Assembly (NCBI GenBank): GCA_019244185.1
Contig: JAFATB010000023.1
Location: 448,001 to 512,000, forward strand
Direction: 5' to 3'
Origin: Acidobacteriota bacterium
GTDB lineage: Bacteria; Acidobacteriota; Thermoanaerobaculia; Gp7-AA8
DNA: 64,000 nt
Shown: positions 10,099 to 19,592 of the stretch, in pieces
Layout: each line of letters opens with the position of its first letter
Position numbering within the stretch: the first letter of the stretch is position 1
The notes under the pieces: generated by a model
The model's database searches: none
What the model was told of the DNA's origin: nothing
What the model saw: the letters and a program-made list of their open reading frames with translations, nothing else
Position numbers and translations under genes: made by a program

Positions 10099-11400
10099 AT
10101 GAAGACGGTGATGTTTGTTGCATTGTTCATGACGTCCTCACTGTCCGCCGATGAATTACCGGCGCTGCCGGCCTTTGCGCGCGTGCGCGCGGCCTCACAG
10201 GCTCACGACGGACAGGCAGTCGCGGCGTTGAAGCGCTTCTATGAAGGACGCGCGCTCATTGTGGGCGATTTTCGCTCGACGAACGATGCGTTGGCGCTGG
10301 CGGACGCCATTGAAGCAGCAGGCGGCCGTATCGATCAGATCGTCAATGACCGCGCTCTCGTGGGATTCATCCCCGCGGCCATCGATGAATTCGTGCGGCA
10401 TGCACCGGGCGTGCGTTTTTTCTCGCGAATTCCTGTCGTCGACCTGACAGCCGTCCCCTTCAATGACGATGAGGGCGTGCGCGGCGCGGTGCGACATTTC
10501 AATCGCACGCTCGACGGCTCGGTCCTCCGCGATCTGATGACCAGCGAGTTTCTCCCGCCGGACCGCGACGTCATTGTGGCGCCGGAATCGAGCGTGCCCG
10601 TCGTGAGCACGCAGGACGTGCACGCGCAGGCGGCCGTGCGCAATGTCTCGATGACCGGCCGCATCGGCATTACGTTTCATTTCGTGGAGAGCAACGGCGC
10701 CATCGACGCGGACGAATTCACCTGGACGCCGGCCGACCGCGGCACGATCATCACCCGCGCGCAGGACGGTTACGACTGGTGGCAGTCGCAGGCGAACGCG
10801 CGCGGCAAATCGATCCTCTACACGATCCGCTTCCTGTCGACGCCAGGAAACGCACAGGAGTACGAGCCCTACGAGCCGATCCGCCATCCCGTGAATCACA
10901 AGAGCTATCTCTGGGTGAACCCGATCATGGCCAACTTCGGCTACACGATGACGGACCCGGATCAGGAGATTCAAGCGCTCCGCCGTGTCGATGCGTACAA
11001 CGAGGCCTTGCGCGCCACGATCAACGCGCAGGCGACCTTCTCCGTTTTCGTCATCTACAACCCGAGCCCGGCGCCGACGACGCACACGGACGGTTTCTAT
11101 ACGCTGACGTATTTCGGCGGGCCATGGATGGATCACCCGTTCCGGCCGGGCGGCTATCCGACGTCGTCGTGGGGCTGGGTGCTGGCACACGAGATGGCGC
11201 ACGTCTTCTGGGCGTGCGACGAGTACGCGCCGGTCTGCACCACGTGCAGTTACTGCTTCCCAGGGCAGGGGCCACGTCCGACGACGCCGAACGGAAACTG
11301 CGACAATCCATGCAACACGACTCCGACCGCCTGCATCATGCGCATTGTGAACCCGAGCCAGCCGGTGTGCTCGTATACGGCGACGCAGATCGGCTGGTGA
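10099..11400 (+). CDS. Secreted zinc metalloprotease (HExxH, Cys-rich C-terminus)
   Basis: AAGGAG RBS before ATG 10099; signal peptide; LAHEMAHVFWACDEY, several Cys, CIM putative Met-turn. Confidence 0.8.
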   Translation: MKTVMFVALFMTSSLSADELPALPAFARVRAASQAHDGQAVAALKRFYEGRALIVGDFRSTNDALALADAIEAAGGRIDQIVNDRALVGFIPAAIDEFVRHAPGVRFFSRIPVVDLTAVPFNDDEGVRGAVRHFNRTLDGSVLRDLMTSEFLPPDRDVIVAPESSVPVVSTQDVHAQAAVRNVSMTGRIGITFHFVESNGAIDADEFTWTPADRGTIITRAQDGYDWWQSQANARGKSILYTIRFLSTPGNAQEYEPYEPIRHPVNHKSYLWVNPIMANFGYTMTDPDQEIQALRRVDAYNEALRATINAQATFSVFVIYNPSPAPTTHTDGFYTLTYFGGPWMDHPFRPGGYPTSSWGWVLAHEMAHVFWACDEYAPVCTTCSYCFPGQGPRPTTPNGNCDNPCNTTPTACIMRIVNPSQPVCSYTATQIGW

Positions 11401-11419
11401 GAACGCAAGGAGGCAAGTC

Positions 11420-12112
11420 ATGCGACGTTTGATGGTCACGGCACTTCTTCTGATCGCGGTTCGCCTCCACGCCATCGAGTTCGAACGGGTCCTGCTGCCC
11501 ATCACGGTGCTGGACGTGCCGGGCGCGTACGGTTCGTTATGGCGCTCCGAGGCGTGGGCGGACATTCGGGAATCCGGCGTCACGATTCTGCTCGTGCGGC
11601 AGACGCATGCGAATCCGCAGCCTCCCGGCAGTCAGCAACTGTCGATCTTTTTCAACGGACCGGGACAAGAGCCTGGCCAGTTTCTCCAGGTGACGCGCGG
11701 CGCCCAGATCTCGTTCAACCTGCGTATTCGAGATCTCTCGCGTGCTGCCGAGACGTGGGGCACGGAAATCCCCGTCGTGTGGGAACGCGACTTCCGCACG
11801 ACGGTCACGCTGCTCCCCATTCCGGCGAACGACGAGTTTCGCAGCACGGTGCGCATCTATGGCGGCACCGCGGGCGACGTGCGCGTGCGCGTCACGGATC
11901 TCGAGACATCAGCCGTGTTATCGGACGACGTGATCTCGCTGCCGGCGACCATCTCCGAGTACCAGCCGCCCTACGCCGAACTGAATCTCCCCACGAACGC
12001 GAACCTCATGCGCGTCGACGTCGACGCGGTATCGCCCGATCTGCGCTTCTGGGCGTTCGCCTCCGTGACGAACAACGCGACGCAGCACGTGACGACGATC
12101 TCGCCGCAGTGA
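11420..12112 (+). CDS. Secreted hypothetical protein, tandem copy 1 (230 aa)
   Basis: AGGAGG RBS; signal peptide; paralog directly downstream. Confidence 0.85.
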   Translation: MRRLMVTALLLIAVRLHAIEFERVLLPITVLDVPGAYGSLWRSEAWADIRESGVTILLVRQTHANPQPPGSQQLSIFFNGPGQEPGQFLQVTRGAQISFNLRIRDLSRAAETWGTEIPVVWERDFRTTVTLLPIPANDEFRSTVRIYGGTAGDVRVRVTDLETSAVLSDDVISLPATISEYQPPYAELNLPTNANLMRVDVDAVSPDLRFWAFASVTNNATQHVTTISPQ

Positions 12113-12144
12113 GGGCATCGCGCCGCAGAATGAGACAGACGGTT

Positions 12145-12837
12145 ATGCGACGTTTGACGCTTGCAGCACTCATCCTGATCGCCGTTCGCCTCCATGCGTT
12201 CGATGCCGAGCGGGTCTTGCTGCCGATTGCGGTTCAGCAGGTGCCGGGCGCATACGGTTCGCTGTGGACGTCCGACGTCTGGGCCGATATTCGCGCAGCC
12301 GGCGTGTCGATCGTCCCGCTACGCATTACAGACACGAATCCGCAATTTCCCGGCAGTCAGGAACTGCCGGTCGTGCTGTTCGAAGCTGGCCATCCACCAG
12401 GCCTCTTCCTCGAGGTATCGCGCGGCGCGGCCATCACCTTCAATCTGCGTATTCGAGATCTCTCGCGCGCCACCGAAACGTGGGGTACGGAAATCCCGGT
12501 TGTTTGGGAACGTGACTTCCGCACGACGGTCACGCTGCTCCCCATTCCGGCGAGCGACGAATTTCGCAGCACTGTGCGCATCTACGGCGGAACCGCGGGC
12601 GACGTGCGCGTGCGCGTCACGGATATCGAGACCTCCACGGTGTTGTCGGACGACGTGATCTCGCTGCCGGCGACAATCTCGGAGTTCCAGCCGCCCTACG
12701 CCGAACTGAATCTCTCGCCAAACGCGAACCTCATGCGCGTCGACGTCGACGCGGTGTCGCCCGATCTGCGCTTCTGGGCGTTCGCCTCCGTGACGAACAA
12801 CGCGACGCAGCACGTCACGACGATCTCGCCGCAGTGA
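12145..12837 (+). CDS. Secreted hypothetical protein, tandem copy 2 (230 aa)
   Basis: ATG 12145; colinear without indels with 11420-12112. Confidence 0.85.
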   Translation: MRRLTLAALILIAVRLHAFDAERVLLPIAVQQVPGAYGSLWTSDVWADIRAAGVSIVPLRITDTNPQFPGSQELPVVLFEAGHPPGLFLEVSRGAAITFNLRIRDLSRATETWGTEIPVVWERDFRTTVTLLPIPASDEFRSTVRIYGGTAGDVRVRVTDIETSTVLSDDVISLPATISEFQPPYAELNLSPNANLMRVDVDAVSPDLRFWAFASVTNNATQHVTTISPQ

Positions 12838-12890
12838 CGTCGCTGGCGTCGACTCTCGTGCTACGATCCGCTCCCTTCAGGAGGTGCAAC

Positions 12891-13136
12891 ATGCGCAAGC
12901 ACACTGATTACGAGAACCTCGCTTCCTTTTGAGCGGTCGAGCAAACGGAGGAAGGGGATATCCATCCGAAACGAACGTGCGGCGAGGGCCGCGCGTCGTG
13001 CACGGCGACAAGGTTCTGCTCGAGAAGCTTGGACGCAACGATCCCTGCCCCTGCGGCTCCGCACGCCGGTTTCAAACACTGCTGCATGAAGACCGGCGAC
13101 TTCGACGGGCAGCGGCGCGATCACTATGAACGGTAG
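12891..13136 (+). CDS. SEC-C zinc-motif small protein (80 aa) requiring three +1 frame transitions (programmed frameshifting or pseudogene)
   Basis: AGGAGG RBS + ATG 12891; segments 12891-12929, 12931-12957, 12959-13072, 13074-13136 join to give ...KRRKGYPSET...[21 protein letters not shown]...; the SEC-C motif is complete only after the last shift. Confidence 0.75.
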
Positions 13137-13143
13137 CCACCGC

Positions 13144-13170
13144 GGCCGCGGGCGAAACACGCCCGCGGCC
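13144..13170 (+). terminator. GC-rich hairpin after the SEC-C gene (no U-tract)
   Basis: ggccgcgggcg-aaaca-cgcccgcggcc, 11-bp stem, 7 nt after TAG 13136. Confidence 0.55.
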
Positions 13171-13199
13171 CGCGACGCGTGCGATACACTTCGCGGCCG

Positions 13200-14054
13200 A
13201 TGATCCGGCAGATTTCCGTTCTCGGCACCGGCACGATGGGGCGCGGCATCGCGTATCTCGCGGTCGTCGCGGGCTACGACGCGGTGCTCTTCGACGTCGA
13301 CTCCGCGGCGCTCGACGCGGCGAAAGCGTCCATCGAGTCGCTGCTCCGCAAGGCCGTGGAGAAGGGGAAGCTGAAGGATGGAGACGCCGCCGACGCGGGG
13401 GCGCGCCTGCAGCTCGTCCCCGAGCTCGAGCCGGCGGTGAGCGGCGCGGATCTCATCATCGAGGCGGTGCCGGAGATCGCGGAACTGAAGATCGATCTCT
13501 TCGCGCAGGCCGATCTCTTCTGCGGCGTCGACACGATCCTCGCGTCGAACACGTCGTCGATCTCGATCACGCAACTGGCCTCGAACGTCGAGCGTCGCGA
13601 CCGCTTCGTCGGGATGCACTTCTTCAATCCGCCGCACGTGATGAAGCTGATCGAGATCGTACGCGGCGAGCGCACCAGCGACGCGACGGTCGATCAGGTG
13701 CGCGCGGTCGCGGAGAAGATGGGCAAGACGCCGATCGTCGTGCGCGACAGTCCCGGCTTCGCCACCTCACGCCTCGGCGTGGCCATCGGACTCGAGGCGA
13801 TTCGCATGCTCGAAGAAGGCGTCGCCGAGGCCGAAGACATCGACCGCGCCATGGAGCTCGGCTACAACCATCCGATGGGACCGCTGCGTCTCACCGATCT
13901 CGTCGGCCTCGACGTGCGCCTCGGCATCGCGGAGTATCTCGCCGCGACCCTCGGCCCGCGCTTCGACCCGCCGCAACTCCTCCGCGACAAAGTCGCGGAG
14001 GGGAAGCTGGGGAAGAAGACGGGCGAGGGCTTCTATCGCTGGCCGAGCGACTGA
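13200..14054 (+). CDS. 3-hydroxyacyl(butyryl)-CoA dehydrogenase
   Basis: GTGTMGRGIA, IIEAVPE, LASNTSS, GMHFFNP, HPMGPL, GKLGKKTGEGFY. Confidence 0.95.
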   Translation: MIRQISVLGTGTMGRGIAYLAVVAGYDAVLFDVDSAALDAAKASIESLLRKAVEKGKLKDGDAADAGARLQLVPELEPAVSGADLIIEAVPEIAELKIDLFAQADLFCGVDTILASNTSSISITQLASNVERRDRFVGMHFFNPPHVMKLIEIVRGERTSDATVDQVRAVAEKMGKTPIVVRDSPGFATSRLGVAIGLEAIRMLEEGVAEAEDIDRAMELGYNHPMGPLRLTDLVGLDVRLGIAEYLAATLGPRFDPPQLLRDKVAEGKLGKKTGEGFYRWPSD

Positions 14055-17000
14055 ACGCGCCGCTGCGCGAGCTCGTACGTCGTGCCGCCGCCCTTGCGCT
14101 CCGGCTTGACGACGCGCTTGTACGCGGCGAGCGCGGCGTCGTTCGCGCCGTAGTTCTCGGCGATGCGGCCGAGGACGTACCAGTCGACGCTCGACGGCTC
14201 CTCGCGGCCCGCGGCGTCCATGCATTCGAGCAGCTTCGTGCGCGCTTCGAGGCTCTTGCCCGCTTCGGCGTATGCAGACGCGAGCGTATGCAGCGCGGGC
14301 CAGCCGCCGCCCGGCATCGACGTCGCCTGATGCGCGTCGTCGATGGCCTTGTCGTACGCGTTGCCGAGGAAGAGCTCGGCCCAGGCGATGGCGTTGTAGT
14401 CGTCGGACGTCGCGGACGACTGATCGATGAGCTGGCGGAGATACTTCGACGCGGTGTCGTACTGCCCTTTGTCCTCCGCGACCTCGGAGAGCAGCCGCAG
14501 CGCATCGCGGTCGTTCGGCATTTTTTCGAGACGCCCCTTCGCGACCTGTTCCGCGCCGGCGGCGTCGCCGCTGCTGATGAGCGCGTGCACGAGCGCGGTC
14601 AGCGCGCGCGGTGAATCGGGATACGCGGCGCTGATGCGGCGCGCGACGGCGAGCTCGTTCGCGTCGTCGCCGTTCTGCGCGTACGCGGTGAAGAGCGCGA
14701 TGTCGATCCAGATGCGCGAGGCCTCGGGTGTCTTCTCGCGGACTTCCGCGAGGAGCGGCGCCGCGGCGGGCGCGTAGTCCTGATCGGAGGTGAGCAGGAT
14801 GGCCGCGGCGGCACGCAGCTCGTCGGCGGTCGCGGTGCTCTTCGCCTTCGGCCAGAGCTCGGCGAACGGCGCGCCGCCGAGCGGATCGTCGCCGCCGCCG
14901 GCGGTCATGTCTTCGCGAATCCAGTTCAGCCACTGCCGCGCGGTCTCGAGCTCGTTCTTCTCGACGAAGTGCAGCACGGCGACGCCGATGCTGCCCGGCT
15001 GCGTGCGCGTGCCGGCGACGGCGAGGCGATCGTTCTCGCGGACGACGAACATCGCTTCGCCGGCGGCCGCGAAGCCGGAGAGTCCTGCCTTCGCGCGGAG
15101 GCGAATGCGATAGCCGGTGGCGTCGCTGCCGTCCTGCAGCAGGTCGATCGCGGCGATGCCGAGCTCCATCACGACGCGCGGGGACAGGTCATTGTCGGAG
15201 CTCTTCATGCGCGCGCGGGTGAGCGGATCGGCGCGCGGCGTCTCGTTCGTTTTCGCTTTTGCCTTCGCCTTTGCCTTCAGATCTTTCTCGAACGCCGCGA
15301 TGTACGACGCCTCGTACTTGTCGAGATCGTCGGAGGTGATGCTGTCGTCGGCGAAGAGCGACATCAGCTGCAGCGTGAGCGCCTTCGGATCGTCCTTCGC
15401 GAACTGCATCTCCTCGAGGCGTTTCGTGTGGCGCAGCACGTCGACGAGGCTGCGCACCTGCGTCGCGTTCGGCGCGCCCTGCGCGGACTGCTCGAGCAGC
15501 GCCGCCGCCTGCGGGTAGTAGCGCAGCTGCGTGAGCGTCTGCGCGGCGCCGGCGAGCACGCGGCGGCGCACGGTCGTGTCGACGGACGCGGCCTCGCGGA
15601 GCGCGCCGTCGACCCCTTCGGTCGCGGCGGCGGCGACGACGAGCGCCATCATCTTCTGATCGGCGTCCTTCACGTCGCGGGCGCGCGTCTTCATGTCGTC
15701 GAAGCGGCCGGCGTGCGCCATCGTCAGCAGCAGCTCGCCCTCGTAGCGCTCGTCCTTCAGATCCGTGACGATGCTCTTGTACTCGTCGATCGCCTCGGCG
15801 AGTTTCGCGTTGCGGCCGAACGCGACGCCGTCTTCGCCGCGCGTGAGGAGCTTCGCGTATTCGCCGCGGATCTCGACTTCTTTTGGGGCGAGCTCTTTCG
15901 CCTTCTTGTACTCGGCGAGCGCGCCGGCGAGGTCGAAGCCCTTGCGGAACTCGCGCGCGAGAAGGTCGTGCTGCAGGACGACGCCCATGAAGCGGTGCGC
16001 GGGCGCGTAGTTCGGCTCGAGCGCGATGGCGCGTTTCAGTTCGTCGCGCGCGACCTCGCCCATGCCGCCGCCGAAGTACGCGCGCGCGATCTGCACGTGA
16101 TGCCGCGCTTCCTTCGGATGCAGCGCCGCGAGCTTGCGGAACTCGGCGAGCGCGCCGCCGATGTCGCCGTTCGTGAGCTTCGTCCAGCCGAGCGAATCGA
16201 AGCCGAGGATCACGGCGTCGCTTTTCGATGCGGCGACGATGGCTTTGCGCGTCTCCTCGAACTCCGCGGGCGTGAGGCGGCGCTTGCCGCTGTCGAAGCG
16301 GATCGTCGCGACGATCGCGCCGTCGGGTGCGACTTCGTACTTCGACGTCAGCGTCGCCGCGCCGAGCTGGCGCGTGTCGCTCGGCGGCAGCGTACGCGCG
16401 ACGAAGCCGGGAGGCGGCACCGCGCGGTAGACCCACTCCTTCACGTACGGCGACGGGTTCACGAAATCGTGGACGCGCGTCTTCTTCGCTTTCTTGTCGT
16501 TCTCGTCCGGCTCGTTGTGCAGCGACCACGGCAGCGCATTCGCGAGCTGCTGCGGGAACAGCGCGACCGCGGCGTCGACGTCGCCGGTGCGTCCGCGGCC
16601 CGCGTCGGTCGCCTCGATGTTGATGTGGAACGGCGCGGTGAGATCGCGCGGATCGGTGTGATCGACGTTCTTCACCGCATCCGCCGCGTACTCCTGCTTC
16701 GCGTAGTTCTCCATCGCCTCGCGATAGTTCTTCTTGCTCGCGCCGGCGGCGTAGCGGCGCATCGACGAATCCTGCGACCCGGTGCCCTCGGTGAGCTCCG
16801 CGACGACAGCCTTGCCTTCGTCGGCGAGCGTGAACGTGCGCGTCTCGCGGATGAGGTTCGCGGACGACTCCGCGGCGGGCGTGCGGATGAGCGCCGTCGT
16901 CGCGGCTTCGGCGACGAGCACGAGGCGATCCTGATCGGAGATCGGCAGCGTGCCGGCGGGGGAGAACTCGTCGGTCGGATCGACCCACATCGGCTGTTCG

Positions 17001-18160
17001 CCGCCGACGCGCACGATTACGTGATTGAAGCCGCCGAGGCTAGGGAGATCGCTGTCAACGTCGAGGGAGGTGCCGGCGCGGAGCAGGACCACGTTCGCGG
17101 GAATGCCGGCGGAGCGCAGCATGGCCACGAGCAGCGTCGCCTTGTCCTTGCAGTCGCCGTACTTGAGATTGATGACGTTCTGCGGCGCGCGCGGCACGAT
17201 CGAGCCTTCGCCCACTTCGATGCCGGCGTAGCGGATGTTCTTCTGGATCGCCGCGAGCGCGCGCGCGACGACTTCGCGGCGATCGGTGGCGTTGCCGATC
17301 GCGTTCTTCGCGAACGCGGCGACGCTCGACGCGTCACCGATCTGCTTCTCCACGATCTCGTTGTAGCGGCGCGCGACTTCCTGCCACGAGCGGCCGGTCG
17401 AGAACGCGACGTACGGAACGTTCGATTCATCCGGCGGCAGGTTCCATTCGAGGTCCTCGAGCGCTTCCATGCGTGCGGACTCGAAGACGATGTGCTGCCG
17501 CCCGTCCTGCTCCGTCTTCAGCGGCTCGAGGTGCGGCGCGGTCTTGTTGACGAAACGCATCGCGAGCGCCGACGGCGCGTCGATGACGAGCCGCGCCTGC
17601 TGCACTGGCGCGAAACGGCCGAACATCATGCGACCGCTCGTGCCCGCGTCGTACAGCGGATTGCGGTCGTGATAGGTGATGAGCTGCTCGACGACCGCGC
17701 CCGCGGCCATGCCGGGGAGCGGCGCGCGCAGGATGCGGTTGTCGCTGAAGATGTCGTCGGACTCGTCGCCGGCCGCGGTTTCGGTAATCGACTTCGGATC
17801 GAGCGTCTGCACCGAGCCGTCTTTCGCGATCACGCGTGCTTCGAGCGCCGGCTTCTCGTAGTACCAAGGAGCCCAGTCGGCTTCGACGGTCGACCAGTCG
17901 TCGACCGCGGAGGCGTCGGCGATGCGAAAGATCAGGTGCTCTTGGCGTGTGGCGCGGCCGTCCGCGTCGAACGTGTAATGGAGCTCGTCGAGCAGCACGA
18001 CCGCGGGCGCGTCGCCGGCGGGAACGGCTTCGGCCGCGGCGACGATCGCTTTGGGCTCGCCGGAAAACGGCGCGCCGTTCCACGGCAACTCGGCCGCCGC
18101 GAGAGGAAGCGCAAGACACACGACCGCCGCGAGCCGGGCGCGCAGGATGAAACGCAACAT
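14033..18160 (-). CDS. Secreted DUF3857 / transglutaminase-like / TPR protein
   Basis: Signal peptide; DUF3857-like N-terminus; triad motifs YGDCKDKA, FNHVI, WVDPT; long TPR C-terminus. Confidence 0.88.
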   Translation of the reverse strand: MLRFILRARLAAVVCLALPLAAAELPWNGAPFSGEPKAIVAAAEAVPAGDAPAVVLLDELHYTFDADGRATRQEHLIFRIADASAVDDWSTVEADWAPWYYEKPALEARVIAKDGSVQTLDPKSITETAAGDESDDIFSDNRILRAPLPGMAAGAVVEQLITYHDRNPLYDAGTSGRMMFGRFAPVQQARLVIDAPSALAMRFVNKTAPHLEPLKTEQDGRQHIVFESARMEALEDLEWNLPPDESNVPYVAFSTGRSWQEVARRYNEIVEKQIGDASSVAAFAKNAIGNATDRREVVARALAAIQKNIRYAGIEVGEGSIVPRAPQNVINLKYGDCKDKATLLVAMLRSAGIPANVVLLRAGTSLDVDSDLPSLGGFNHVIVRVGGEQPMWVDPTDEFSPAGTLPISDQDRLVLVAEAATTALIRTPAAESSANLIRETRTFTLADEGKAVVAELTEGTGSQDSSMRRYAAGASKKNYREAMENYAKQEYAADAVKNVDHTDPRDLTAPFHINIEATDAGRGRTGDVDAAVALFPQQLANALPWSLHNEPDENDKKAKKTRVHDFVNPSPYVKEWVYRAVPPPGFVARTLPPSDTRQLGAATLTSKYEVAPDGAIVATIRFDSGKRRLTPAEFEETRKAIVAASKSDAVILGFDSLGWTKLTNGDIGGALAEFRKLAALHPKEARHHVQIARAYFGGGMGEVARDELKRAIALEPNYAPAHRFMGVVLQHDLLAREFRKGFDLAGALAEYKKAKELAPKEVEIRGEYAKLLTRGEDGVAFGRNAKLAEAIDEYKSIVTDLKDERYEGELLLTMAHAGRFDDMKTRARDVKDADQKMMALVVAAAATEGVDGALREAASVDTTVRRRVLAGAAQTLTQLRYYPQAAALLEQSAQGAPNATQVRSLVDVLRHTKRLEEMQFAKDDPKALTLQLMSLFADDSITSDDLDKYEASYIAAFEKDLKAKAKAKAKTNETPRADPLTRARMKSSDNDLSPRVVMELGIAAIDLLQDGSDATGYRIRLRAKAGLSGFAAAGEAMFVVRENDRLAVAGTRTQPGSIGVAVLHFVEKNELETARQWLNWIREDMTAGGGDDPLGGAPFAELWPKAKSTATADELRAAAAILLTSDQDYAPAAAPLLAEVREKTPEASRIWIDIALFTAYAQNGDDANELAVARRISAAYPDSPRALTALVHALISSGDAAGAEQVAKGRLEKMPNDRDALRLLSEVAEDKGQYDTASKYLRQLIDQSSATSDDYNAIAWAELFLGNAYDKAIDDAHQATSMPGGGWPALHTLASAYAEAGKSLEARTKLLECMDAAGREEPSSVDWYVLGRIAENYGANDAALAAYKRVVKPERKGGGTTYELAQRRVQSLGQR

Positions 18161-18231
18161 GAGAGCTCCTGGTGGGTTATTTGAACCGTTGACGATGGTA
18201 GCACGCGATACGATGCGGACGGACGACCTCG

Positions 18232-19005
18232 ATGCATTCCGAAGCCTATGATGCGTTCGCTTACGCCTACGACGCCGCGCTGGGACGAAGGTTCTTCACC
18301 GCCGCGCGCGCGTTGCTGCACGAGCTGCTCGATCGCTATCCCACGCCGAAGCGCTCGCATCTCGATCTCGCGTGCGGCACCGGCCTGGCGATGGAGTTTT
18401 TCCGTTCACAGGGGTGGCGTCCGACGGGCGTCGACGCCTCGGTGCCGATGCTCGAGATCGCGCGCGGCCGCGTGCCCGACGCGCGTCTCGTCGCCGGCGA
18501 TCTGCGCGCGCTGCCGCTGCGCGGACGCTTCGCGCGCATCACGTGTCTCTACGACAGCCTCAATCATCTGCTCGAGCGCGAGCAGCTCGTCGCCGCGTTC
18601 CAGGGCGTGCGCGGCGTGATGGATCACGACTCGCTCTTTTTCTTCGACATGAACCATCCCGACATCTATCCGGAGGTATGGGGACTGGCAGAGCCGTACA
18701 CGTCGCGCGGCGAAGATCATCAGCTCGAGATCGCCACGACGTATCGCAAGCGGCAGAAGCTCGCGACGGCAATGGTGCGCGGTTGGGCGACGATCGGCGG
18801 TACGCGCGTCACGATCCGCGAGCAGCGGCTGCAGCGCGCGTACAGCGAGAAGGAGATCGTAGGCGCGCTGGAGGAGGCGGGACTCGCGCCGGTCGACGTC
18901 ATCGACTTCGATCCGTATCAGGAAGCCGATGACGTCGACGCGGCGACGGTGAAACTGTTCTTCGTTTGTGCGCCGGTCAGTGTTGGCCGAGCACGGCTTT
19001 CTTGA
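18232..19005 (+). CDS. Class I SAM-dependent methyltransferase
   Basis: HLDLACGTG, GVDASVPML, CLYDSLNHL, FFFDMN. Confidence 0.9.
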   Translation: MHSEAYDAFAYAYDAALGRRFFTAARALLHELLDRYPTPKRSHLDLACGTGLAMEFFRSQGWRPTGVDASVPMLEIARGRVPDARLVAGDLRALPLRGRFARITCLYDSLNHLLEREQLVAAFQGVRGVMDHDSLFFFDMNHPDIYPEVWGLAEPYTSRGEDHQLEIATTYRKRQKLATAMVRGWATIGGTRVTIREQRLQRAYSEKEIVGALEEAGLAPVDVIDFDPYQEADDVDAATVKLFFVCAPVSVGRARLS

Positions 19006-19534
19006 AGTCGTCGCCGGGGCCGGGCTTCGGGCCGATCCACGTGTTGAGGATCGCGTCGGACGTCGCTTTGCCGCCGAGCGTCCCCTTGCTCTTGCCGTTG
19101 ACTTCGACGGTCGTGCCGATGCCGGGGACGTACGTCAGCACGATCGTGTGACCGCTCGGCACGTCTTCCATCCACGACTGCAGCGTCTTGAATGCCGTCT
19201 TCACCTCGGGCGACGCATTCGGCGTGTTGTCCTCGAGCCCTTCCTGCCACGCGTCCGCCATCTGCGACTTGCTGACGCTGAAGAGGAAGTGCAGCACCAT
19301 GCGGCGCGGCGCGTCGGTGGCGATCACGGTCGCAGCGCTGGTCTGCTTCGCCGGCAGATAGAGTCCGCCGACGTAGACCTTGATGAAGAGCTTCTTGCGG
19401 AGCGCCGCGCCGTTGAGCACGAGCGTCTGGTTGTTGACCGAGGTCCGGTCTTCGAGCGTGACACCCGCGACAGTGGCGGCGTTTGCGGCAGCCGCTGCCA
19501 GGACGAGGGTTGCGGCGAGGAGCAGCTTGCGCAT
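18977..19534 (-). CDS. Secreted chalcone-isomerase-like protein
   Basis: GGAGG RBS; signal peptide; LVLNGAALRKKLFIKVYVGGLYL, IGPKP motifs. Confidence 0.88.
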   Translation of the reverse strand: MRKLLLAATLVLAAAAANAATVAGVTLEDRTSVNNQTLVLNGAALRKKLFIKVYVGGLYLPAKQTSAATVIATDAPRRMVLHFLFSVSKSQMADAWQEGLEDNTPNASPEVKTAFKTLQSWMEDVPSGHTIVLTYVPGIGTTVEVNGKSKGTLGGKATSDAILNTWIGPKPGPGDDFKKAVLGQH

Positions 19535-19592
19535 CAGTTCGATTCCTCCGTGCGGGATTGTAACCCGCGGCATCGACGTTAAACTCCGTCCA

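Larger units (their letters stand above)
11420..12837 (+). repeat. Tandem gene duplication, period 725 bp
   Basis: Two 693-nt copies with near-identical 3' halves. Confidence 0.9.

Noticed and set aside
11420-12837. Diversity-generating retroelement TR/VR pair
   Set aside because: Both copies are full genes, differences are not confined to adenines, and no reverse transcriptase is in the window.
12929-13129. 66-aa TTG-started ORF as the real SEC-C gene
   Set aside because: No RBS before the TTG, and the motif is cut (CPCGSARRF then QTLLH, lacking KxCC). It is better explained as the middle frame of the frameshifted gene, though it cannot be fully excluded.
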